Origin: Gemmatimonadota bacterium
GTDB taxonomy: Bacteria; Gemmatimonadota; Gemmatimonadetes; Gemmatimonadales; GWC2-71-9
Direction of reading: 5' to 3'
NCBI GenBank assembly: GCA_036679605.1
Contig: JAZDCZ010000292.1
Location: forward strand, 1-35,692
DNA: 35,692 nucleotides
The notes beneath the pieces were generated by a model. The model was given only the letters and a program-made list of their open reading frames with translations. It ran no database searches and was not told the origin of the DNA. The position numbers were made by a program, and so were the translations under genes. Shown here piece after piece: positions 26,601-33,049 of this stretch (position 1 is the first letter of the stretch; the number at the start of each line of letters is the position of its first letter).

Positions 26601-27438
26601 CGCGGAAGAACTTCGCCGCGTCGATCGACGTCCCGTTGCCCTCGGCGATGTTAGCCAGCGCCCCCATGGCGCGAGCCTCTTTTTCGTCTGCGGCGTCGAT
26701 CAGGAACGTGGGGATGGGGCCCTGGTAACCGCTCCGCATGGCCAATTCAAATCTGTGATGCCCGTTGACTATGTAAGTCTGCCCGTCTTGGGGATCGTGC
26801 CACGCCAGTAACTGGCCGGCAAACTCAGGGCGAAACTTTTGTACTTCCTTCAAAGTTTCGGTCACCCCTTCGTTGCCGATGCCTTGCACCTTGTATTGGA
26901 AGCGATCTGGTGCGCTCGACAGCTCGTCGACGGTGAGCATCGTCACGCCCACCTTGCGACCGTCGGGTAGCGTCTGAATCGAAGGCGCGTCAATGCCGCC
27001 AATACGAGCCGGCTGCGCTATCGGCTCGGCGACTTTGGCGGGAATCTGATTCTCCTCCTCGTCGAAACGGTCATCAAGACTCTTGGATGGATTGAGGATC
27101 GCGGTTTCCGCAGGCGGTTTACTGGCTGTCTCGCCAGCGATCTGATCGGCCTTTTCCAAAGCCTGTAGCTCATCGAAAACTCCACCCTCTTCGGCAGCAA
27201 AGCCTCCGCCTTCCGTTTCCGAGAATTGGCCACCAGTGTCGCGGGGATGCTGCTCTTCTTGCCAGTCGAGTGCGTAATGCTGCCGGCGCCCGGACCGTTG
27301 CAGAGAAAACTGCTCGTTGATCGCGTCGACCAGCGCTTCACGGGTTTTGATCGCGACCTTTTGCGAGAAGACTTCGTCATAGCGCCGGCGATAACGCTGG
27401 ACTCGAAACGCTTTGCGGATGGCTAGCGTGGTGTTCAT
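23635..27438 (-). CDS. Polyvalent protein with two ParB/Srx-like domains and a C-terminal zeta-toxin-like P-loop kinase (1267 aa)
   Basis: Domain 1: PDRFQYK...LLAWHDPQDGQTYIVNGHHRFELA. Domain 2: RQDMPQI...LKGTQKDF...ASNDGFILDGHHRWRA. Kinase: MLGGGSASGKST, VDPDEIK, VHEESS, DLVLDTT, AIERANARAAKTGRFV, LFDTS. Confidence 0.85.
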   Translation of the reverse strand: MNTTLAIRKAFRVQRYRRRYDEVFSQKVAIKTREALVDAINEQFSLQRSGRRQHYALDWQEEQHPRDTGGQFSETEGGGFAAEEGGVFDELQALEKADQIAGETASKPPAETAILNPSKSLDDRFDEEENQIPAKVAEPIAQPARIGGIDAPSIQTLPDGRKVGVTMLTVDELSSAPDRFQYKVQGIGNEGVTETLKEVQKFRPEFAGQLLAWHDPQDGQTYIVNGHHRFELAMRSGYQGPIPTFLIDAADEKEARAMGALANIAEGNGTSIDAAKFFREMDMSVEKVREEGISMKGRMADEGVVLAKLSDSAFAALVNDQLDEKFALSIARNVKEHDKQDQLFRQIHNAEQSGKKLRQDVVEEMARVKGLTESVVETQTDMFGTEEVERSLDVERATITAAIMRDLGGEARTFTEVGRRGRAAALEQAGNVLDPEANRQRAQTAQQLHGLFRIESTHKGEISDAINEETRQLANEPKREKEIIRDATRRIRSLLSQTNGGAEDEDAAPLQGNPGPSEGDRPDPERARFGLRESLTRLRFSMQLRHGLEALRYRRPFDESKHQRADDGKFGSGGGTTPSDVPPAKAGQGLPPHLRKSLDEYNERMSGFGFKTTDVTPAGYGPEPVTSEPESPSIEQQLERQFRPPESWTDSEFSIRHHKAQHPVVGGAFPTPGSNPSHQPQIKLPNGATPAQTQWLQEHGYTTWSTGGKVWEGKVVEEPDDPRRPKTLGIPRQDMPQIAGPDKKEFFDFLSSKGIDYRTKEVRVGDLKGTQKDFSQEKVDAMAEGMRRDGVRPGSAMLASNDGFILDGHHRWRAQREVDPDSMFSVVEVDLPIDQLLATAASFPKSFKAGIDEGAGPRDYGERQKEMFARIQHTLLRYGYQQARDDAGRFATSNLEKSRAASSTATQVEPGKPHAWTAPPQPPARGGSWSENGDVFTPASGDKENRYGANRDIDAPCFEGGCYDLDESGQIDYAAWREELHPRDADGKFGSGNGSNTPGKDAQDPTSQQSQSTDLSEIHRHYPPANPAGRDTQSQYKVGDHYTPERQRLHSAIIAKRLQGVTKSDEPTVWMLGGGSASGKSTMVREGAVVLPDNAVHVDPDEIKSEIPEYGAMVQGRDLLAAPFVHEESSDVSKQLIRRGLESSFDLVLDTTGDSSIEKLRGKIRKWRESGHRIVANYATVPTEVAIERANARAAKTGRFVDADVIRTIHAGVSQIIPQAISEGLFDEFRLFDTSSKPGKLIASAQGSQLEVHDQQLWEGFLQKGQV

Positions 27439-27531
27439 CCTTAACCCCTGTAGAGTGACTCGGGATAGCTTGCCTGCCGCTGCCCCATTGTACCGTCTGC
27501 CGGCCGATCTTGGCGAGTCATTTTTCTGCTG

Positions 27532-28002
27532 TCATGCTGGCGTCCCGCCCACAGGTTCCGTCTTCGGATCGAGCCAGTTTAGCCACGCCTTTTCGGCGGA
27601 CTTCAGGTCTGGATATGACCAGGTGCGGACAACGGAGCCATGCTCTATGCGGGAAATCTGGGCTGTTCCATCCTCCAGCGGAATTAGGCCACTGATCGCC
27701 ACGTCTTTCCCGAGTGGCAGCCAGTCCTTGGCAGCGCCGCCGGTCGCTTCGATCACCTCGCGCTCATACTTACCCAGGGCTCGGAAGCCGGTGAACTCGC
27801 CACAGAGGTGCCCAATCTCGTCCAGCCGCCCGTCGCTGTCGTAGTAAAAGAGTCGCTGGCCGGCCTGCAAAATGCCACGATCGTAAAGATCCTTCACGAC
27901 GCTCTCAGCGTCGTTGGTGACCGACCTTCTGCCGGTGTTTTTATCGCGGATAATCACCGAATACGTGTTCTTGTAGACGAGTTCAAAATCGCTGCTAGTC
28001 AT
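27532..28002 (-). CDS. Hypothetical phage protein (156 aa)
   Basis: ATGA overlap with the upstream ORF. IRD...SVTNDAESVV...RLFYYDSDGRLDEI resembles a conserved small phage protein; function unknown. Confidence 0.7.
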   Translation of the reverse strand: MTSSDFELVYKNTYSVIIRDKNTGRRSVTNDAESVVKDLYDRGILQAGQRLFYYDSDGRLDEIGHLCGEFTGFRALGKYEREVIEATGGAAKDWLPLGKDVAISGLIPLEDGTAQISRIEHGSVVRTWSYPDLKSAEKAWLNWLDPKTEPVGGTPA

Positions 28003-28262
28003 GGTTCATCTCCACGCTTCCGCTCACTCATGGTGTGCCTGGCCACGGAAAACACAATTGCGCCGTTAGCCAATTTGCTCTTGCCGCCTTTATTCAGCAA
28101 CGCTTGCCTGGCGTAACGACTTAGTTTATCCGTATTGATAATCAGGTCGACGTGACCAACGCGATCGGCAACGACCCGGCAGACCTTGCCGCGGCCATCC
28201 TCTGTGGGAACCATTTTCGTCACTTCTGCTTTGTGACTGCCAAGGGAAATGCTTGTGTGCAT
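27999..28262 (-). CDS. Hypothetical protein (87 aa)
   Basis: Tightly packed between its neighbours in the leftward operon. Confidence 0.65.
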   Translation of the reverse strand: MHTSISLGSHKAEVTKMVPTEDGRGKVCRVVADRVGHVDLIINTDKLSRYARQALLNKGGKSKLANGAIVFSVARHTMSERKRGDEP

Positions 28263-28263
28263 G

Positions 28264-28944
28264 TCAATCCACGCTCCAGCAGTAATTAAAATAGTCGGTC
28301 ATGCTGTCGGATCGATCCCGCAGATTGGGAAATCCCTTCCAAAGAATAGCCTCGATCCGCTTCCGCATTTCCGCAAACTCGCGGCAGGCCGGGCAACGAG
28401 TTTCGTCGGTGTGGCCAGCCGATCCGCAGCAAGCACCGTGATCGTGCGGCCACCGGGTCTGAACGTGTTCATTCTCCGCAATTCTGGGCAGCCTTACGTC
28501 TACGCTTTGGGCCATTGAATAGTTCGGCGCGGTGACGCTGATCCCCTTCAGCCCGAGCTGCTTGAACAGGGCTCGAAACGCCTTGGCCCGATCTTTGCGC
28601 CGCTCGCAGCGACCAAAGTCGGAGACCGGCACACTGTCCAGGTCGATCGCTCGCAATCGTGCCAGCAACGCACTGGCCATGGTGTGCTGAATTTCAGCTG
28701 AGCCTATGGCTGCCAGCGATTGACAGATCGTTCTCACGAGTTCGCTGCGCGATCCCTGCGGGTCAAGTCCGCGATTTCTAGCGATCTTTCGCAGTGTCGC
28801 GAGCGTCTGCTGTGCGATTCCCAAACACTTGTATCTTAAAGAGCTGGGCGGATTCTCGTGTTTTTCACGGGACGCTTCCAGTAAAGCCCACGACTCATCT
28901 GCCGCTTCTCTCACGGTCAGCGTGTGTATCGCTTTGCCTGTCAT
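28264..28944 (-). CDS. Protein with a C-terminal LPD29-like (large polyvalent protein-associated) domain (226 aa)
   Basis: RBS GAGG. FRALFKQLGLKGISVTAPNYSMAQSVDVRL...DRSDSMTDYFN resembles LPD29 (SV....YS...SI.V ... D.M.DY). A Cys/His cluster is inserted. Confidence 0.55.
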   Translation of the reverse strand: MTGKAIHTLTVREAADESWALLEASREKHENPPSSLRYKCLGIAQQTLATLRKIARNRGLDPQGSRSELVRTICQSLAAIGSAEIQHTMASALLARLRAIDLDSVPVSDFGRCERRKDRAKAFRALFKQLGLKGISVTAPNYSMAQSVDVRLPRIAENEHVQTRWPHDHGACCGSAGHTDETRCPACREFAEMRKRIEAILWKGFPNLRDRSDSMTDYFNYCWSVD

Positions 28945-28962
28945 CTCAAACCTCGCTTTCGT

Positions 28963-29196
28963 CTAGTCGCGTGTCATCACCGCTTCGATGGTTTCCTCGT
29001 AGTCGTCTCTGTCGGCCACCAGTCCGTGGTCGACGGCCATCTCGACCGCATCGCGGTACTTGTACCGGCTGGCGATTGCCCGCAGGCAATAGTCTCGCAC
29101 GTCGGGATCCAGGTTCCGCCCTTGCTTCCGGCTCAGGATCGTGACAACGTGATGGCCGCGTCGCGTGAATGTCGTCGGTGGTCCGCTACCTCGCAT
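28963..29196 (-). CDS. Hypothetical protein (77 aa)
   Basis: RBS AGGAGG upstream; overlaps the stop of the previous ORF. Confidence 0.65.
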   Translation of the reverse strand: MRGSGPPTTFTRRGHHVVTILSRKQGRNLDPDVRDYCLRAIASRYKYRDAVEMAVDHGLVADRDDYEETIEAVMTRD

Positions 29197-29386
29197 GGGT
29201 CACCTCCTTCATGGCTCTTCGGGTGTTGCACACTGGGCAGAGCGCCAAGTGGATGTTGGGCACGTTCATGCAACCGCTGCAGCCGATACGCCGACACTCC
29301 CCGCACTCGATTTCCTTGTAGTCCTCGATGTGTTGATTGCAGAACTCACAGCGGTATCGGGTTAGTGGGCCGTTGGTTGCTGCCAC
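29186..29386 (-). CDS. Small zinc-finger-like protein (66 aa)
   Basis: GTG start 1 nt after the DUF3560 stop with GAGGTG upstream; four CxxC pairs (CEFC, CGEC, CSGC, CPVC). Confidence 0.6.
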   Translation of the reverse strand: MAATNGPLTRYRCEFCNQHIEDYKEIECGECRRIGCSGCMNVPNIHLALCPVCNTRRAMKEVTHAR

Positions 29387-29387
29387 G

Positions 29388-30251
29388 TCACACCTCGACT
29401 TTCGTCCAATCGTCAGGCCCGTACCGACCACTGAGGAGATACCTCATGGTCCCGCGGGCGTTTCCGTTCAACAATCGCTGCCAGACGCCCAGCGACCTGG
29501 CCCAGCGGAAACCGTTTCCTTTTAGCACCTTCCGGACCGCCTCGGAAGGCTTGCCGGGGAAACTCAGCTGCAGGCGGTTCTCGTCGACGTTCTCGGTCAC
29601 TGTCACCGAGTCGCCGGCCACGCTGATCGCGTACTCGACGTCGCCCTCTTCGGCCCGGGCAAATTCCTTTTCCAGGCTGGTGAGCCGGTCACGCATCCGC
29701 TTGATGTTGGCGGTCGCGTTGCTGATCGAATAGCCGGGGATTTTCACCATGTCGCCGTAGAGGCATCCGATCCGCTTGAGCGTGACGATCTCTTTCATGC
29801 CCTCGCCTGAAACCCCTGCCGCCTTGAGATCGTCGACGGTGAAACCTGCGGTCGGCAACTTGGCCTTCCGCAGCTTGCGGTTGTCCGCCTTGTCCAGGTC
29901 GCGATCGGCTTCGGCGTCGGCGATCTTCTCCCGCAACTTGACGATGGCCTCGGGGTCGTCGCTGCTGATCGCCGTATTGCTCTCAGCACTGGTCGCCCTC
30001 GCGCTGGCCACAGTCGCCGCCTTGTGCAGCTCGAAGCCCTTTTCCATCTTGGCACTTGCCCGGTTCCGATATCTGCGGTCCCGTCCGTAGCTGTGATGGT
30101 CGACAAGCAGCGGTTGTCCGAACGGGATCGCGTCAAACATCCGACGGCCGGCGTTCAGAGACGATTCCGACTCGCTAGCCAATCGCTCGGCTCGATTCTC
30201 CAGCCGCTCGATTCTCGCTTCGCGTCGCCCTTCGTAGTCTACTCTTGGCAT
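29388..30251 (-). CDS. DUF3560-domain protein (287 aa)
   Basis: YEGRREARIERLENRA...IPFGQPLLVDHHS...ISSDDPEAIVKLREKI is the DUF3560 signature. C-terminal NRLQLSFPGKPSEAVRKVLKGNGFRWA...WQR domain. RBS GGAGG. Confidence 0.85.
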   Translation of the reverse strand: MPRVDYEGRREARIERLENRAERLASESESSLNAGRRMFDAIPFGQPLLVDHHSYGRDRRYRNRASAKMEKGFELHKAATVASARATSAESNTAISSDDPEAIVKLREKIADAEADRDLDKADNRKLRKAKLPTAGFTVDDLKAAGVSGEGMKEIVTLKRIGCLYGDMVKIPGYSISNATANIKRMRDRLTSLEKEFARAEEGDVEYAISVAGDSVTVTENVDENRLQLSFPGKPSEAVRKVLKGNGFRWARSLGVWQRLLNGNARGTMRYLLSGRYGPDDWTKVEV

Positions 30252-30326
30252 CGTCTTGCCCTCCGAACCAGAGCCCCCGGAAACTGCCGGGCCGGGAGGA
30301 GAGGAAAACCCTCACCCCACAATTGT

Positions 30327-30386
30327 ATTATCGTACTACGATAAAATACTGTCAATAGGTATAGCCGTCTTTTTATCGATTGTCAA
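30327..30386 (-). promoter_or_regulatory. Two tandem leftward sigma70 promoters with an overlapping palindromic operator
   Basis: TTGACA(30355-30350)-17 nt-GATAAT(30332-30327) and TTGACA(30386-30381)-17 nt-TATACC(30363-30358). Palindrome TTATCGTA-C-TACGATAA at 30328-30344. Confidence 0.75.
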
Positions 30387-30460
30387 TAAAACCTTCTCTT
30401 CTCGTACATGCCCCTTTGGGGAGGTCCTCCAGTGCTGGCAAAAGAGGCCCCGTTTGCCCA

Positions 30461-30489
30461 TTGACTGGGTTTTCACGGCAGGCAATAAT
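30461..30489 (+). promoter_or_regulatory. Rightward sigma70 promoter, probably giving a leaderless mRNA for the XRE regulator
   Basis: TTGACT-17 nt-AATAAT; the ATG at 30495 is 5 nt downstream and has no Shine-Dalgarno sequence. Confidence 0.65.
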
Positions 30490-30494
30490 ATGGC

Positions 30495-30746
30495 ATGGGT
30501 CGTCCGCAGTCCGAAAATCTGGATACCAAGACATTTGTGGGCCTTGTCGCCTACAATATGCGACGGCTACGCAAGGAATTTGGCCTGGGGGTGAGCGAGT
30601 GTGCTCGCGACATCGGCATCTCAGCCCCCAAGTGGTATGTGCTGGAGGCCGCCAGGCGGGAGAAGATTGACGGTGCCACACTGGACCGGATTGCCTTCTA
30701 TTTCGACGTGGACGTCTCAGAGCTTGCTAGGAAGCCACGGAAGTGA
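30495..30746 (+). CDS. XRE/Cro-C1 family helix-turn-helix regulator (83 aa)
   Basis: NMRRLRKEFGLGVSECARDIGIS...LE...TLDRIAFYFDVDVSEL. Confidence 0.88.
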   Translation: MGRPQSENLDTKTFVGLVAYNMRRLRKEFGLGVSECARDIGISAPKWYVLEAARREKIDGATLDRIAFYFDVDVSELARKPRK

Positions 30747-30750
30747 TGCC

Positions 30751-31023
30751 ATGAAAAAGCATGAAGATCGGCAAAAAGAAGTTGTCACGAAGTGCGTTTG
30801 CGTTTTACTGAAGTGCGACGTTTGTGGGTCCGAAGCTGAATGTCCCCAGAATGACTGCTGGGACTGGGGTGGAGTAGGTTCGGCGAAGGGGACGCTTGAA
30901 GTGCATCATTCCATTGACGGTGACTACGATTCCGATGAAATCGACCTCTGCTACGATTGTGCCACAAAGTTAATCAAACTGGCGAAGTACGGCGTACTCA
31001 ATAGCTTGCTTACGAAAGATTGA
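30751..31023 (+). CDS. Small Cys-rich (zinc-binding) phage protein (90 aa)
   Basis: ATG 4 nt after the XRE stop; KCDVCG...DLCYDC pattern. Confidence 0.7.
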   Translation: MKKHEDRQKEVVTKCVCVLLKCDVCGSEAECPQNDCWDWGGVGSAKGTLEVHHSIDGDYDSDEIDLCYDCATKLIKLAKYGVLNSLLTKD

Positions 31024-31276
31024 CTTCAACCGGTCCGGAATCCCTCCCCAACCTTCGTGATCGCGCGCCACTCAATCTCCAGCGCAGCAAGCGGCTAGGC
31101 AAAGTGCGCTAGGAGGCTAGCCACTAGCAGAGGCAGCAGTTGCACTTCTTACATGCAGCGCTAATCAACAACTCCGCCTCGAAGTTGTTATGTCATTTGG
31201 AGTTGTTTCCGAGAATGACGATTTCTCAACGATTGGCCTCAGACTTGCGTTGCAGGGGAGGCGAGGTGGTGTGTCT

Positions 31277-31483
31277 ATGATTCGCGTCATTGAAGTCAAG
31301 CCGGATGGTCGAGCACTGATCGACACTGAAGGTCTCTATCGAATCCGACTTGAGCCAGGCGGCGAAATCGTCGACGAATTCTGCACCGCCAAGGAGGCGG
31401 AGTACATCATCCGTCTATGGGATGAACTGGAGCCTGACGCCGGGGCGACCGCCATTCCCTACTCGTCAGCCCAGCGCTCGTGA
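31277..31483 (+). CDS. Hypothetical protein (68 aa), convergent with and overlapping the integrase 3' end
   Basis: GAGGTG upstream of the ATG at 31277; acidic, protein-like sequence. Confidence 0.5.
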   Translation: MIRVIEVKPDGRALIDTEGLYRIRLEPGGEIVDEFCTAKEAEYIIRLWDELEPDAGATAIPYSSAQRS

Positions 31484-32709
31484 AGCTCCCGCTCGATCTG
31501 TTCCAGCTCGGACTTCTGTTTTTCGATGTAGATGCCAGTCGTTTGCAGGTGCTCATGGCCAGCCCAGCGCTGAGCGGCCTGTGCGCCAACATTCTCAGAG
31601 ATGTAGGTGGCGATCGCGTGCCGGAGTTGGTTGGGGCTGAATCGTTTTAGCGCCAGCCCAGCTTTCTCGGCTCGATCAAAACCCTTTCCCAAAGACCGCC
31701 GATAGGAATCAGTCGTGTAGTGTTCGCCCGGCTGTTTTTTCTTGGTCCGGCGACGCCGCAGGGCTTTGTCCCGTTGAACCCGTTTCGCTTCGCTCGGAAA
31801 GAGCGTCGTTTTTCGCGACGGCCGCTGGGACATCGACCATCTGTACGCCTCGGCCGGTTCGAAGAGATACTTCGAAGCGTTGCCATTCAGCAGCGGCGCG
31901 ATCAAGCCCTGAGCGATTCTCGGGATCGCTTTGACGAGCGACTTGTCGCGCCAGCGGTTCTTGTGGCTCTCCGGCGTGTACCACCAGACGGTCCCCTTCG
32001 TGTCAACGTCTCTGCCTCGCATGATGCAGACTTCTCCGGGACGCATGCCGCACAGATACTGGACTTGAACCATGACGCCGACGGTCGGCGGTAGAAATGG
32101 TAGCACTTTGTAGAGGCTCTCTGGACACGCTGGTGTAACCCGCTTCGTGTCACGGACACCGAGTTCGCCCCTTTGCAATCCGCGCACGCAGAGGAGCTTG
32201 TGGTAGTGCTCAGGGGCAATCAGTTCTTCGCTAGACGCCCAGCGGAAGAAACGCTTGATCCGTGAGATCGTGTGATTGATATGGGAGCGGGCGTAATTCT
32301 CGCCGGCCATCCACCGCAGGACGGTCTTCAAGCACTTGGGCCCAAACTCACATGCTAGCTCGTCGCCGTAGAGGTCCAGCAAGATCCGCAGGGCGTACCG
32401 CATCTCGTGATACTCTTGGGCGATGAATGCTTCGCCGTCCGCGTCGCGTCGCCGGTAGTGGAGCTTGGCGTATTCGCTGTAGACCACGACCAATTCCAAG
32501 ATCGACGGCGTACCGTGGATCGCCGGCGGTTCCTGACCGGCCCGATAGACCTCCAGCCGCTTGAGGAACTGGCGATAGCGTCGATGGCTCTCTTGGGAGC
32601 CGTACTTGCCGAGCGTCATCCGGTGATCGTTGGTGTCGATCGACTTGTGATAGACGAAGGCGTAGCCGCTGGACGTGCGCCGAAGTTTGGGAAGATGCGT
32701 TTGCGACAT
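31459..32709 (-). CDS. int: Tyrosine recombinase/phage integrase (416 aa), Planctomycete type
   Basis: RBS GGAGG before the ATG at 32709. Arm-binding-like N-terminus (SGYAFV...TLGKYGS.ES). Catalytic motifs GMRPGE, HK, PNQLRH, AGH and TTGIY. Confidence 0.93.
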   Translation of the reverse strand: MSQTHLPKLRRTSSGYAFVYHKSIDTNDHRMTLGKYGSQESHRRYRQFLKRLEVYRAGQEPPAIHGTPSILELVVVYSEYAKLHYRRRDADGEAFIAQEYHEMRYALRILLDLYGDELACEFGPKCLKTVLRWMAGENYARSHINHTISRIKRFFRWASSEELIAPEHYHKLLCVRGLQRGELGVRDTKRVTPACPESLYKVLPFLPPTVGVMVQVQYLCGMRPGEVCIMRGRDVDTKGTVWWYTPESHKNRWRDKSLVKAIPRIAQGLIAPLLNGNASKYLFEPAEAYRWSMSQRPSRKTTLFPSEAKRVQRDKALRRRRTKKKQPGEHYTTDSYRRSLGKGFDRAEKAGLALKRFSPNQLRHAIATYISENVGAQAAQRWAGHEHLQTTGIYIEKQKSELEQIERELHERWADE

Positions 32710-32730
32710 GGGGAACCTCCACAGTTTGGG

Positions 32731-33014
32731 CGGGGGTAAATCTTCACCCGCTGTACACCAGGTTCCTTGTCGCACCGCCGACGGTATCGACGTGATGCAA
32801 TTGCTGCTACCGACAAGAGTTAAGAACAGTGGAGCCGAGGGGGCTCGAACCCCTAACCTCCGGCTTGCAAAACGGGGCTGGGGCAACTCTTGGCGAGTAG
32901 CAACGCCGTGCATCGTAACGACTTAGGTGTCGCTAGCAACGCGCATGCTAGTGTACAAACAAAACGTCTTGATTCGTAGGGTTTAGTGGCTCTTACACCC
33001 GGCCGGGGGTAAAT
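32731..33014. repeat. Candidate integrase arm-type sites flanking the att core
   Basis: CGGGGGTAAAT occurs at 32731-32741 and 33004-33014, each with a nearby TACACC. TAGCAACGC is repeated at 32898 and 32934. Confidence 0.6.
32830..32871 (-). other. att core: 3' half of tRNA-Ala(TGC), probable attP
   Basis: Minus strand reads TTTGCAA-GCCGG-AGGTT-AGGGG-TTCGAGC-CCCCT-CGGCTCC-A: anticodon loop, 3' anticodon stem, T arm, acceptor 3' strand and discriminator A. No matching 5' half upstream. About 120 bp from the int start. Confidence 0.85.
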
Positions 33015-33049
33015 GGATTTTCAAACCTGCGCGGGCAAAATGGATTCAC

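Noticed and set aside
32830..32905. Complete tRNA-Ala gene
   Set aside because: The 5' strand of the anticodon stem does not pair (CCCGT vs GCCGG) and there is no D arm or 5' acceptor strand. Only the 3' half is present.
32710..32913. N-terminal 68-aa extension of the integrase in the ORF track
   Set aside because: It runs through the att core. The ATG at 32709 has a GGAGG RBS and gives a typical integrase N-terminus.
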